A DNA stretch of 64,000 bases, taken from assembly GCA_029012465.1 (NCBI GenBank), contig JAQXMD010000055.1, forward strand, positions 262 through 64,261, read 5' to 3'. Position numbers and translations under genes: made by a program. The stretch is from Oscillospiraceae bacterium (GTDB lineage Bacteria > Bacillota > Clostridia > Oscillospirales > Oscillospiraceae). Shown here in pieces: positions 40,160-50,641 of this stretch (positions are counted from its first letter, which is position 1; every line of letters starts with the position of its first letter). The notes below the pieces were generated by a model. That model had not been told where the DNA came from, searched no databases, and saw nothing but the letters and a program-made list of their open reading frames with translations.

Positions 40160-41239
40160 ATGAGCAATCTGCTGGATTATATTGCGTGGCGGGGGGATTT
40201 GAGCTTCCGCCACGCTCCGCTGAATTATGTGGATGGGGCGGTATTTTCCCGGCTTTCCTATCTGCCCTTCGAGGAGATTCTGGAAGAGGGGGCATCCATG
40301 AAGCTGGCACAGGCGGCATTTCGCCTGCTGGAAAGCCCGGATATTGACAAAAGGGTACTTACAAAACTGGATATTTCCCTGCTTGAGGCAGTGACGGAGG
40401 GAGCTCGGTTTGCACCTGTAGAGGTTATGCACGTTGTCTCCCGGACAGACCTGGAGAGCCAGAGTCAGTTTTCCGCCGTGACCTTCCGAATCGGGGAGAA
40501 AACATGCTTTGTGGCCTTTCGGGGCACAGACCATTCGCTGGTGGGCTGGAAAGAGGACTTTAACATGAGCTTCACGTTCCCGGTTCCTGCTCAGCTGTCT
40601 GCGCAAAGCTATTTTGAAGAGGTGTGCAGGCAGCTCCCGGAGGACAGCTTCTTTCTGGGTGGTCACTCCAAGGGCGGAAATCTGGCGGTATATACCGGGG
40701 CGTTCTGCGGAGAAACCCTTCAGAAGCGGATTCTCGAGGTGTTCAACTACGATGGCCCGGGGTTTCCGGAGGAGGTGTTGGACATGCCGGGGTATCAGAT
40801 AATCTGTTCCCGGGTGGAGAGCTTTATTCCCCAGGCCTCTGTGGTGGGGCTGCTGCTGGAGCGGGAAGAAAAGAGCCTTGTTGTACACAGCGCACAGGTG
40901 GGGCTTTTGCAGCACGATCTCTACTCCTGGGAGGTGCAGCGGGATCACTTTGTATATCAGGAGCGCACCACGGCGGGCAGCCGCCGTTTGGACCGAACCC
41001 TCAAGGACTGGCTGAGGGCCATGAGTCCTGAGGAGCGGGAGCTGCTGGTGGAGAGCCTGTATCAGGTGGTTGCGGAAACAAATGCCGCCACACTGGAGGA
41101 GCTGGGAGAGCACTGGTTTTCCAGCGCCAGAATGGTACTTAAAAACCTGAAAGACCTTGATGAGGACAGCAGGAAACAGATCAGCGGAGCTTTGCGGCTG
41201 CTGATGCGGAGTGCAAAAAATGAGGTGCTGCCGGTTTAG
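40160..41239 (+). CDS. DUF2974/Mbeg1-like alpha/beta hydrolase
   Basis: FVAFRGTDHSLVGWKEDF and GGHSKGGNLA (GxSxG) motifs. Confidence 0.75.
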   Translation: MSNLLDYIAWRGDLSFRHAPLNYVDGAVFSRLSYLPFEEILEEGASMKLAQAAFRLLESPDIDKRVLTKLDISLLEAVTEGARFAPVEVMHVVSRTDLESQSQFSAVTFRIGEKTCFVAFRGTDHSLVGWKEDFNMSFTFPVPAQLSAQSYFEEVCRQLPEDSFFLGGHSKGGNLAVYTGAFCGETLQKRILEVFNYDGPGFPEEVLDMPGYQIICSRVESFIPQASVVGLLLEREEKSLVVHSAQVGLLQHDLYSWEVQRDHFVYQERTTAGSRRLDRTLKDWLRAMSPEERELLVESLYQVVAETNAATLEELGEHWFSSARMVLKNLKDLDEDSRKQISGALRLLMRSAKNEVLPV

Positions 41240-41250
41240 GGGCACTGAAT

Positions 41251-41293
41251 AGGGGACGTTGCAAAACACACTGCAACGTCCCCTGGTTTTTTT
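41251..41293 (+). terminator. intrinsic terminator
   Basis: AGGGGACGTTGCA...TGCAACGTCCCCT followed by GGTTTTTTT. Confidence 0.85.
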
Positions 41294-41354
41294 GCGCCTG
41301 TGTTTCCTGCAATCTATTTATATCACAAAAAAAGAAAACATTTTCTAAACCCTC

Positions 41355-41383
41355 TTGACAAATCTGAAAAAGTGTATTATTGT
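41355..41383 (+). promoter_or_regulatory. promoter of the GntR-ABC operon
   Basis: TTGACA-17-TATTGT. Confidence 0.5.
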
Positions 41384-41385
41384 AG

Positions 41386-41411
41386 TATTGTACTAAGCGA
41401 CTAATACAATA
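41386..41411. promoter_or_regulatory. candidate GntR/YtrA operator: TATTGTA-N12-TACAATA
   Basis: Perfect 7-bp inverted repeat immediately downstream of the -10 and 19 nt upstream of the gntR ATG. An extra ATTGTA half-site lies at 41379-41384. Confidence 0.45.
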
Positions 41412-41429
41412 AAACAACGGAGGTGTACT

Positions 41430-41798
41430 ATGGAGTGGCGTTTTCACAGTGACGCGCCGATCTACGCCCAGCTGGTTGAGGAAATCACCCTCCGTATCGT
41501 GACAGGCGTCTATCCCCCCGGGGATCGGCTGCCGGCGGTGCGGGAGCTGGCGGTGGAGGCGGGAGTCAACCCCAACACCATGCAGCGGGCGCTCAGCGAG
41601 CTGGAGCGGGAGAATCTGGTCTTTAGTCAGCGGACCAGCGGCAGATTTGTAACGGAGGACAGAGAGATGATTGAAGAAGCAAAGAAAACCATCGCTGATC
41701 AGCGGATTCGGACCTTCTTGAAGGCCATGGACCAGTTGGGTTACAGCCGTGAGGAGATTCTGAGGCTGATCGTGGAGGAAGAAAAGGAGGAAGCCTGA
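41430..41798 (+). CDS. GntR-family (YtrA-subfamily) transcriptional regulator
   Basis: 122 aa, PIYAQLVEEITLRIVTGVYPPGDRLPAVRELAVEAGVNPNTMQRAL. Confidence 0.9.
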   Translation: MEWRFHSDAPIYAQLVEEITLRIVTGVYPPGDRLPAVRELAVEAGVNPNTMQRALSELERENLVFSQRTSGRFVTEDREMIEEAKKTIADQRIRTFLKAMDQLGYSREEILRLIVEEEKEEA

Positions 41799-42493
41799 TG
41801 GCAATTTTTGAAGCGAGAGATCTGAGTAAAAGCTATGGCAGCGTCCCGGCGCTGACCCATGTGAATTTCTCCATTGAACCGGGAAAGATCGTGGGCCTGT
41901 TAGGCCCCAACGGAAGCGGAAAGTCCACCCTCATTAAAATTGCCAATGGTCTTTTGACCTGGCAGGGGGGAGAGCTGCTCATCGACGGCAAGAACCCGGG
42001 GCCGGATACCAAGGGTATCGTGTCCTATCTGCCGGAGCGGACCTATCTGCCCGATTGGATGACGGCCAAGCAGACGTTGGACTTTTTCTCGGACTTTTAT
42101 CCGGATTTCCGGCGGGATCGGGCGGAGGAGATGCTGCGGTATCTGAACATCCCCCTGACCCAGCGCATTCGGCAGATGTCCAAGGGCACCCGGGAGAAGG
42201 TTCAGCTGATCCTGGTCATGAGCCGGGCAGCAAAGCTCTATCTGCTGGATGAGCCCATCGGCGGTGTGGACCCGGCCGCCCGGGATTACATCCTCAACAC
42301 CATTATTGGCAACTACGACCCCCAGGCCACGGTGGTCATTTCCACCCACCTGATCGCGGACGTAGAACAAATTCTTGATGAAGTGATTTTTATTTCCCAG
42401 GGACAGATCGTGCTGCAAAAGTCCGTGGATGAAATTCGTGAGGAACAGGGGAAGAGTGTAGACCAGCTGTTCCGGGAGGTGTTCAGATGCTGA
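41798..42493 (+). CDS. ABC transporter ATP-binding protein
   Basis: GPNGSGKST, MSKGTREK (degenerate signature) and LYLLDEP; ATGA overlap with gntR. Confidence 0.85.
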   Translation: MAIFEARDLSKSYGSVPALTHVNFSIEPGKIVGLLGPNGSGKSTLIKIANGLLTWQGGELLIDGKNPGPDTKGIVSYLPERTYLPDWMTAKQTLDFFSDFYPDFRRDRAEEMLRYLNIPLTQRIRQMSKGTREKVQLILVMSRAAKLYLLDEPIGGVDPAARDYILNTIIGNYDPQATVVISTHLIADVEQILDEVIFISQGQIVLQKSVDEIREEQGKSVDQLFREVFRC

Positions 42494-43290
42494 GAAAACT
42501 GCTGAAGCATGAATTCAGGGCCACGGGCCGGTTCATGTGGGTGATTTATCTGGCCATGCTGGTGCTGAGCGTGGCGGCAAACGTGTCCATGCGGATGCTG
42601 GACCGAACAGACAATTCGATTCTCAATGGTATTATGGTTATGGTGCTGGTGGCTTGGGTGCTGACTCTGATCATTGGCGGCGTGATGATTACGGTACTGC
42701 TGATTCAGCGGTTCTACAAGAACCTGCTGACCGACGAGGGCTATCTGATGTTCACGCTGCCCACCACGGTCCACCACCTGGTGCTGTCCAAGCTCATCGT
42801 GACGGTGGTCTGGTTCCTGGTGACCATGGTGGCCTATGTGCTGTGCGTGTTCCTGGCGGTGGTCAGCAACGAGATGGTACGGGACATTCTGGATGTAGTT
42901 CGCTCGGCCTTCGCGTATTTTAGCCTCAAATATGCCATGAACGGTGTTGCCATCGTGCTGGAGGTTCTGCTGCTGCTGGTGGTCTCCACTGCGGTTTCCT
43001 GCCTCCAGTTCTACGGCGCAATGTCCATCGGCTATGGCTTCACCAATCACAAGGGCCTGTGGTCTGTGGCATCTTACTTCGTTTTCGGCTTTGTGCTCCA
43101 GATCCTTGCCGTTATTGTCACGGCAGCAACGAGCATTCTGACTGTTCCCGCTGGCTTCCCGGTCAGCCTGACAGCCATGCAGACATGGCATCTGGCTATG
43201 CTGGGCTCCACTGGCGCCATGCTGGTGTTGGGTGCGGTGTTCTACATCATCACGGTGCTGAACCTCCAGAAACGGCTGAACCTGTCATAA
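42487..43290 (+). CDS. multi-pass membrane protein, putative permease partner of the ABC ATPase
   Basis: 267 aa with about 6 TM helices; overlaps the upstream stop. Confidence 0.6.
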   Translation: MLRKLLKHEFRATGRFMWVIYLAMLVLSVAANVSMRMLDRTDNSILNGIMVMVLVAWVLTLIIGGVMITVLLIQRFYKNLLTDEGYLMFTLPTTVHHLVLSKLIVTVVWFLVTMVAYVLCVFLAVVSNEMVRDILDVVRSAFAYFSLKYAMNGVAIVLEVLLLLVVSTAVSCLQFYGAMSIGYGFTNHKGLWSVASYFVFGFVLQILAVIVTAATSILTVPAGFPVSLTAMQTWHLAMLGSTGAMLVLGAVFYIITVLNLQKRLNLS

Positions 43291-43301
43291 CCGAATAATA
43301 A

Positions 43302-43335
43302 GGAGCTGCCGCGAGTGATCGCGGCGGCTCCTTTG
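43302..43335 (+). terminator. GC-rich hairpin, probable terminator
   Basis: GGAGCTGCCGCGA-GTGA-TCGCGGCGGCTCC followed by a weak TTTG. Confidence 0.5.
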
Positions 43336-43418
43336 ACCTTGCGGAGATTGTTTGTTTTCGCCAGGATTCCTTTCTTAAAATTGGCGATTATTGCATCATC
43401 GTTCATGTCTCCTTACAC

Positions 43419-43706
43419 CTACAGGATATCCACAGCGGGCATATCACGCATTCCGTGCTCCACCTGGGACAATGCCATTGCCAGAACACCTTCATACGAT
43501 CTGCCCTCCTGCATCTGTGCGTAGAGCTGATCTGCGTTGATGTTCATTCCGACATTCGTATCCGCAGGTGTGATGCTGATTCCGGTGTAGGAACCTGCCT
43601 GCAACTTTTCCACCGGTGTCTGTCTGACCTGAGCACCGGGGGAAGTATCCGAAAGAAAGTCTTTCAGATCCTGTTCCAGTTTGTTTACGAATTCTTTGAA
43701 ATCCAT
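43419..43706 (-). CDS. small hypothetical protein, possibly a truncated remnant
   Basis: MDFKEFVNKLEQDLKDFL... (95 aa) after AAGGAGG. It stops abruptly, and out-of-frame coding-like sequence continues downstream. Confidence 0.4.
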   Translation of the reverse strand: MDFKEFVNKLEQDLKDFLSDTSPGAQVRQTPVEKLQAGSYTGISITPADTNVGMNINADQLYAQMQEGRSYEGVLAMALSQVEHGMRDMPAVDIL

Positions 43707-43927
43707 AAAGCCTGACCTCCTTTTTGAAATAAAAAAAGAGCGCCAACCCATTCTTCATAATCAAAGAATGAGCCGACGCTCTATGTAATTCGATAAACTA
43801 TATTAAATTTGGTCAAAACCCGTCAGATGCTTTCAAAGAATCCGAAGCAGCTGATTTTCAAAAATCGTCACTTACAGTACCTGTTCCGACATGAGAAATC
43901 ATCGAAAAATGTTCCCTAAATCAGCTG

Positions 43928-44007
43928 AAATTTAACCCCGAAATTAACCCATAAACTCTGCCAAACAGGAATTTAACCCCGATTATCCCCAAATTAACCC
44001 ATATAAA
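43928..44007. repeat. direct repeats of ATTTAACCCCGA and AAATTAACCCATA in an AT-rich spacer
   Basis: ATTTAACCCCGA at 43930 and 43971; AAATTAACCCATA at 43941 and 43991. Confidence 0.7.
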
Positions 44008-44071
44008 AAGTATCAAATTTTGCCAAATCGGGACAAACCGAGACAGACCTTTCAGAAATTCCGGGCATAGT

Positions 44072-44105
44072 AAAACCCCGGAAAACCTTGATTTTCCGGG
44101 GTTTT
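44072..44105. terminator. bidirectional intrinsic terminator after rpsI
   Basis: AAAACCCCGGAAAA...TTTTCCGGGGTTTT. Confidence 0.85.
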
Positions 44106-44135
44106 GAGCCATTTTGATATAGTCTGAGCAGTCGA

Positions 44136-44540
44136 TTAACGCTTGCTGAACTGAGGTGCACGTCTTGCTGCCTTGAGGCCGTATTTCTTTCTCTCCTTCA
44201 TTCTGGGATCGCGGGTCAGGAAACCAGCAGCCTTCAGAGTGGGACGATACTCAGCGTTGACCTGCAGCAGAGCGCGGGCAATGCCGTGACGGATAGCGCC
44301 GGCCTGGCCGGAAACGCCGCCGCCTGCTACGGTGCAGACAATGTCAACAGTGCCGACAGTCTTGGTGGCAACCAGAGGCTGACGGACGATGAGCTTCAGG
44401 GTGTCAAGGCCGAAATAATCGTCGATGTCGCGGCCGTTGATGGTGATGGAACCGGTGCCGCCCTGATACAGGCGAACACGGGCAACGGAGGACTTACGTC
44501 TGCCGGTGCCATACTGATACTGTCTCTTGCTCTCGTACAT
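44136..44540 (-). CDS. rpsI: 30S ribosomal protein S9
   Basis: 134 aa, ...[14 protein letters not shown]...ends KR. Confidence 0.95.
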   Translation of the reverse strand: MYESKRQYQYGTGRRKSSVARVRLYQGGTGSITINGRDIDDYFGLDTLKLIVRQPLVATKTVGTVDIVCTVAGGGVSGQAGAIRHGIARALLQVNAEYRPTLKAAGFLTRDPRMKERKKYGLKAARRAPQFSKR

Positions 44541-44555
44541 TAGTCGTTACCTCCC

Positions 44556-44987
44556 TTAAATAGCGGTCCAGGGCTCAGGCTTCTGAGCCTCGTTCTTGTG
44601 CTCGGCGCCGGCGTAGACCTTCAGACGGGTCATGGAAGCTCTGCCGATGCTGTTCTTGGGAAGCATGCCCTTGACAGCCAGCTCCATAGCGAACTCGGGC
44701 TTCTCAGCCATCAGGGTGGAGTACTTGACTTCCTTCAGGTTGCCGATCCAGCCGGTGTGATGCTGGTACATCTTCTGATCCAGCTTCTTGCCGGTGAGCT
44801 CAGCCTTGGCAGCGTTCACAACAATGACGAAATCGCCGCAGTCAACGTTGGGAGTGTAGGTGGGCTTGTGCTTGCCGCGAAGCAGGGTAGCAGCCTGAAC
44901 AGCCACACGGCCCAGAGGCTTGCCGGCTGCATCGATGACGTACCACTTACGCTCGACGGTCTCCTTCTTAGCTAAAGTAGTGGACAT
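44556..44987 (-). CDS. rplM: 50S ribosomal protein L13
   Basis: 143 aa, [17 protein letters not shown]. Confidence 0.95.
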   Translation of the reverse strand: MSTTLAKKETVERKWYVIDAAGKPLGRVAVQAATLLRGKHKPTYTPNVDCGDFVIVVNAAKAELTGKKLDQKMYQHHTGWIGNLKEVKYSTLMAEKPEFAMELAVKGMLPKNSIGRASMTRLKVYAGAEHKNEAQKPEPWTAI

Positions 44988-45200
44988 AATCTGTCTCCTC
45001 CAAATATAATAATAAAAACTTTGACAATAGAAACGGTTGTGCTACAATGTTTCTTGAGCACGCTCAGCTATTCTAACATCCGACTTTTTGGATGTCAACA
45101 GGTTTTTTCGGAATTTTGCTGAAATCCGATCAGAACTTTCAAATTCTCTTGGATTCGCTTTCATTCTCTTCTTTTTGAAGATACTATTTTGGAGGACACT

Positions 45201-45953
45201 ATGCAGAAAATGGTGGGACTGCTCCGCCGGTGTGTGGAGGACTATAATATGATTCAGGAAGGGGATACCATTGCGGTGGGGGTCTCCGGGGGGAAAGATT
45301 CCCTGACACTGCTGCGGCTGTTGGCCGCCCTGCGGGAGTACTATCCCAAGAAATTTGATCTGGAGGCCATCACTGTGGATCTTGGTTTCCCGGATATGGA
45401 CTTTACGCCAGTGTCGGAGTTTTGCCGGAGCCTGTCCGTTCCCTATACCATCATCCCTACGGAGATCAAGACCATTATCTTTGACTACCGGAAGGAGAAA
45501 AACCCCTGCTCTATGTGCGCAAAAATGCGCCGGGGTGCGCTGAATCAGGCCATTACGGAAAAGGGTATCCATAAGATTGCTCTGGGCCATCACTATGACG
45601 ATGTGGTGGAAACCTTCCTGCTGAGTCTGTTCTATGAATCCCGGATCAGCTGCTTTCAGCCTGTGACGAGGCTGGACCGGATGGGGGTCGACCAGATTCG
45701 GCCCATGCTGTATATTCCCGAAAAGACCATCCGCAGCTTCGCGGAGCGGGAGCATCTGCCTGTGGTGGAAAATGACTGCCCGGCTGACAAAAATACCAAG
45801 CGGGAAGAGGTGAAAACCCTCATCAAAACCCTCTCGGTTCAGTATCCCGGCATCAAGGACAACATTTTCGGAGCCATCCAGCGGTATCCGCTGGCGGAAT
45901 GGGGCGTAACGCCCCATAAGCGGAGCAAAGGACAAAAATCATCTGAATCATAA
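45201..45953 (+). CDS. PP-loop ATPase, tRNA 2-thiocytidine synthase TtcA-like
   Basis: SGGKDS PP-loop and CSMCAKMRRG; ATG at 45201, 5 nt after GGAGG (the track start is TTG). Confidence 0.8.
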   Translation: MQKMVGLLRRCVEDYNMIQEGDTIAVGVSGGKDSLTLLRLLAALREYYPKKFDLEAITVDLGFPDMDFTPVSEFCRSLSVPYTIIPTEIKTIIFDYRKEKNPCSMCAKMRRGALNQAITEKGIHKIALGHHYDDVVETFLLSLFYESRISCFQPVTRLDRMGVDQIRPMLYIPEKTIRSFAEREHLPVVENDCPADKNTKREEVKTLIKTLSVQYPGIKDNIFGAIQRYPLAEWGVTPHKRSKGQKSSES

Positions 45954-45964
45954 AGGAAATCAAA

Positions 45965-45996
45965 CAGCGGTGCAGAACTTACGAACTGCACCGCTG
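45965..45996. terminator. bidirectional terminator between ttcA-like and gdhA
   Basis: CAGCGGTGCAG...CTGCACCGCTG; TTTGATTT follows on the minus strand. Confidence 0.65.
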
Positions 45997-46021
45997 ATGA
46001 CATATTTAATTGACCGAAACC

Positions 46022-47542
<1,521 letters not shown>

Positions 47543-47684
47543 GCGCAAATTCTAAAAATCCCAAAAATGATGAAATAATTGTGGTATTTAACAATATAAC
47601 TGCAACTAATGCAAATTATACATTCATTTTTGACGGAAAATGTGCGCATATGGCATCAGATGTATCAAATGTCATGAATCATTC

Positions 47685-47711
47685 AAAAAATGGCCCATCC
47701 GGGCCGTTTTT
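47685..47711. terminator. short bidirectional terminator
   Basis: A6-TGGCCC-ATCC-GGGCCG-T5. Confidence 0.55.
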
Positions 47712-47749
47712 GATGGTACGGATGGGCTGTATGCAATAAATATGGCAAA

Positions 47750-49186
47750 TCAGGGGGCTTTTTCGATCTTTTTATCATTCTGGCGCAGGTTTCTTGTATA
47801 TTGCCAGACCAGCGCCAGGCAGATGGCCAGATAAAAGGATACGTTGGGCCTGCGGAGAACGCCGGAGGTGGCGTAAATGTGAGCGGCACAGGAAATGCAG
47901 GCGATGCACAGAGCCATCAGCTCCGGTTCAAGAAGCGCCCGGGGACGTTTCGCCAGAGGCACCAGCAGGGGCAGGACAAAATACAGCAGGAAAACCAACA
48001 GCAGCGCAAGTCCCACGGCACCGCAGAGGAAAAACACACCATGGAAGTCGTTTTCCACATCGTATGTCATGGTCTGATACCGCCAGCGGCTCAGCTCCAT
48101 ACCAAAAACCGCGGACAGGGCAGGGGAATCCTCCAGCAGCATTTTGCTGTAGGTGATCTTTGCCCGGCGGAAATCCGCGATGTCAGAGGCCTTTTCACTG
48201 TAGCCGTAGGCTTCGGCGGTGCGCTCCAGACCAAATGTGTCCACAAGACCGGGAACGTACTCCATATAGGCACTGCGGAGCCGTTCCACGGCAACCGCCT
48301 CTTCGCTGAGACCCTCTGCCAGGGCTTTGGCCTCGTCTTCGGCAATCAGTTCATCCATAAGCTGCTGCTTTTTCACAGCGTTTTCCGCAACCAGCGTCTG
48401 GTTTTTTACCATGGGGGACAGCGGCAACAGGGCAGCAAATCCCACGGTCAGCACCAGAAGCAGCCCGGCAAGGGGGCGGGCGGACTTTTCGGAGAACCAG
48501 AATGCGATCCCAAGCCCAAGTCCTGTGAGGATCAGACCCAGATAGGCCAGCCGGGTGGCGAACAGGTACAGCATACTCATTCCAAGAATGCTGATTACCA
48601 TGGCCCCGGGCATACTCATCCGGGATACGCTGAAGATACTGATGGGAACCAGCATCACAAGAATGGCACTCTGGCTGTTGGCATAGTAGAACCAGCCCAG
48701 AACGCCGATGCCCTTGTTGGGGTAGGTGTGGGGGTCGGTGCCGGTGATGGTACTGAGCAGCTCCACGGCTGCAATGGCCAGCAGGCAGAACACAAAGCAG
48801 CCGGTGAATTTCCGCGAATGCTCCGGGAAGGCCTGTAGAAATGTCATGAAGCACAGGGTCGTCAGGGGCAGAATATAGATCCGCAGCAGATTGGTCAGAT
48901 CGTACATTGGCGCTGAATAGCCCACCTGCATACAGGCGGCCACATGGCCTGCCGTCAACAGGAGCAGGACACCGCCCATAATCAGATAGGGCTTCTTCGT
49001 CGGGGCCAGGTAGAATCCCAGCACCAGAAGAATCATCAGCACGGCAAGACGCATTCCCAATGTCAGCGCATTGCTGAAGGAAAAGTAGTTGATCCAGTAG
49101 GAGAGCACATCCAGTGCCGGGGAGATCAGGATCAGCAGACAGATCAGTCCGGGAATCCGATCCCGAACAAAAGAACGATTGTTCAT
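47750..49186 (-). CDS. O-antigen ligase/polymerase-like polytopic membrane protein
   Basis: About 478 aa with 10-12 TM helices and one large loop. Start at the internal ATG 49186. The family call is from overall topology only. Confidence 0.4.
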   Translation of the reverse strand: MNNRSFVRDRIPGLICLLILISPALDVLSYWINYFSFSNALTLGMRLAVLMILLVLGFYLAPTKKPYLIMGGVLLLLTAGHVAACMQVGYSAPMYDLTNLLRIYILPLTTLCFMTFLQAFPEHSRKFTGCFVFCLLAIAAVELLSTITGTDPHTYPNKGIGVLGWFYYANSQSAILVMLVPISIFSVSRMSMPGAMVISILGMSMLYLFATRLAYLGLILTGLGLGIAFWFSEKSARPLAGLLLVLTVGFAALLPLSPMVKNQTLVAENAVKKQQLMDELIAEDEAKALAEGLSEEAVAVERLRSAYMEYVPGLVDTFGLERTAEAYGYSEKASDIADFRRAKITYSKMLLEDSPALSAVFGMELSRWRYQTMTYDVENDFHGVFFLCGAVGLALLLVFLLYFVLPLLVPLAKRPRALLEPELMALCIACISCAAHIYATSGVLRRPNVSFYLAICLALVWQYTRNLRQNDKKIEKAP

Positions 49187-49341
49187 AGTATCACTCAAAT
49201 CTGTGTAGCTTTCGGGGCGCTTGTCATGGTTACAAACCCCGGAGCGGATGAAATCCGCTGTGGGTATTATAATGGATACAGAAAAAAGATGCAAGTCCCG
49301 GCTTCTAAGGGAAAAGCCCTGCTGAAATGTGGGGGAAAGTA

Positions 49342-49379
49342 TAAAAATTGCCTGCTACAGGGCTTGTGCAGCAGGCAAT
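49342..49379 (-). terminator. intrinsic terminator after potD
   Basis: ATTGCCTGCTGCA...TAGCAGGCAAT followed by TTTTTAT on the minus strand. Confidence 0.75.
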
Positions 49380-49384
49380 CGGTG

Positions 49385-50602
49385 TTATCCGGCAGAACGG
49401 CCGCGACGGGCCTTTTTCTTCTTTTTGTTGATGGAGATGAAGATCAGAACTGCGGCGATCAGGACGACCACAACCACAGCAGCGATAATCAGGGTGGTAT
49501 TGGAGCTGCCGCCGTCGGTCTTGACCTCCAGCCACAGGGCATCCATCAGCTGGTTGGTCTCGGGAGGCAGATAGGAGAATGATTCGCCCCGGGCCAGAAC
49601 TTCCTCGGGAGGATAGGCGATCTCACTTTCAGCAACCTCAGGGTCCATATGGTTCTTGGCCTCGGATTCCGGGGCAGAATAGCCAAGGTACTCCAGATTC
49701 TGACCGCAGACCTCGGGGTCCAGCAGGAAGTTGATATATGCCTCGGCCTCAGTCTTGTGCTCGGCGCTGGAGGGGATCATAAAGCAGTCAATGTAGAGGT
49801 TGAAGCCCTCTTCGGGGAAGTAGAAGCCCAGATCCTCGTTGTCGTCCAGCATCCACAGGTAGTCGCCGGCGTAGTAGGGGGCGATCCAGGCCTCCTCACG
49901 GATCATTTTGTCAAAAATCTGATCCATCACATAGCTCTGCACCAGAGGCTTCTGCTTCTGAAGCTCGGCGGCACATTCCCGCAGGGCAGCTTCGTCGGTG
50001 GTGTTCAGAGAATAGCCCAGCTTTGCCTCTGCGGCGGCGAAGGCATCCCGATTGTTGTCAAACATCAGGATCTTGCCGGAATACTTCTCGTTCCAAAGCA
50101 GGTCCCAGGAGCCGATGTCGGCCTCGTCCACATACTTGGTGTTGTAGATAATACCCACAGTGCCCCAGGTGTAGGGAACGGAGTACTTGTTGTCGGGGTC
50201 ATAGGAGGTATTCTTATAGGCTTCGTCGATGTAGCTGTAGTTGGGGATGTTGCTGAAATCGATCTCCTGCACAAGACCTTCGGAGATGAGACGGCCGGCC
50301 ATATAGTCGGAGGGAATGATGATGTCATAGGTGGAGCCGCCGGTTTTCAGCTTGGTGTACAGACTCTCGTTGGTGTCATAGGTCATGTAATTGACCTTGA
50401 TACCAGTGGCCTCGGTGAAGGCGGCGTTGATGTCCATATAGCCGTCGGTGCCGTCGGCGATGTACTGGCCCCAGTTGTAAACGTTGATGGAAACAGTCTC
50501 GTCAGCGGCTTTGGCTTCGGTGGTGAACAGGGCAGGGGCCATGGCAAACAGCAGGGCAAGGGCCAGAAGCAGGCTCCCCACCCGGGAAACAATCTTTGTC
50601 AT
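49385..50602 (-). CDS. potD: spermidine/putrescine ABC substrate-binding protein with extra C-terminal TM anchor
   Basis: PotD-like body (VYNWGQYI...). Signal peptide without a lipobox. C-terminal LIIAAVVVVVLIAAVLIFISINKKKKKARRGRSAG. Confidence 0.85.
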   Translation of the reverse strand: MTKIVSRVGSLLLALALLFAMAPALFTTEAKAADETVSINVYNWGQYIADGTDGYMDINAAFTEATGIKVNYMTYDTNESLYTKLKTGGSTYDIIIPSDYMAGRLISEGLVQEIDFSNIPNYSYIDEAYKNTSYDPDNKYSVPYTWGTVGIIYNTKYVDEADIGSWDLLWNEKYSGKILMFDNNRDAFAAAEAKLGYSLNTTDEAALRECAAELQKQKPLVQSYVMDQIFDKMIREEAWIAPYYAGDYLWMLDDNEDLGFYFPEEGFNLYIDCFMIPSSAEHKTEAEAYINFLLDPEVCGQNLEYLGYSAPESEAKNHMDPEVAESEIAYPPEEVLARGESFSYLPPETNQLMDALWLEVKTDGGSSNTTLIIAAVVVVVLIAAVLIFISINKKKKKARRGRSAG

Positions 50603-50641
50603 GAAAAACATCCTTTCTATCGATGAAAAGAATCAGAGGTA

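Noticed and set aside
38301-40319. 672-aa minus-strand ORF, and 40007-41269 (420 aa).
   Set aside because: They are antisense to the M3 oligoendopeptidase (HEAGH motif) and the DUF2974 hydrolase. They have no recognisable motifs and a skewed P/R/G/L/H composition.
43921-44112. 63-aa minus-strand ORF next to rpsI.
   Set aside because: It starts inside the rpsI terminator hairpin, has no RBS, and covers the AT-rich repeat region. Its hydrophobic translation is a consequence of T-rich sequence.
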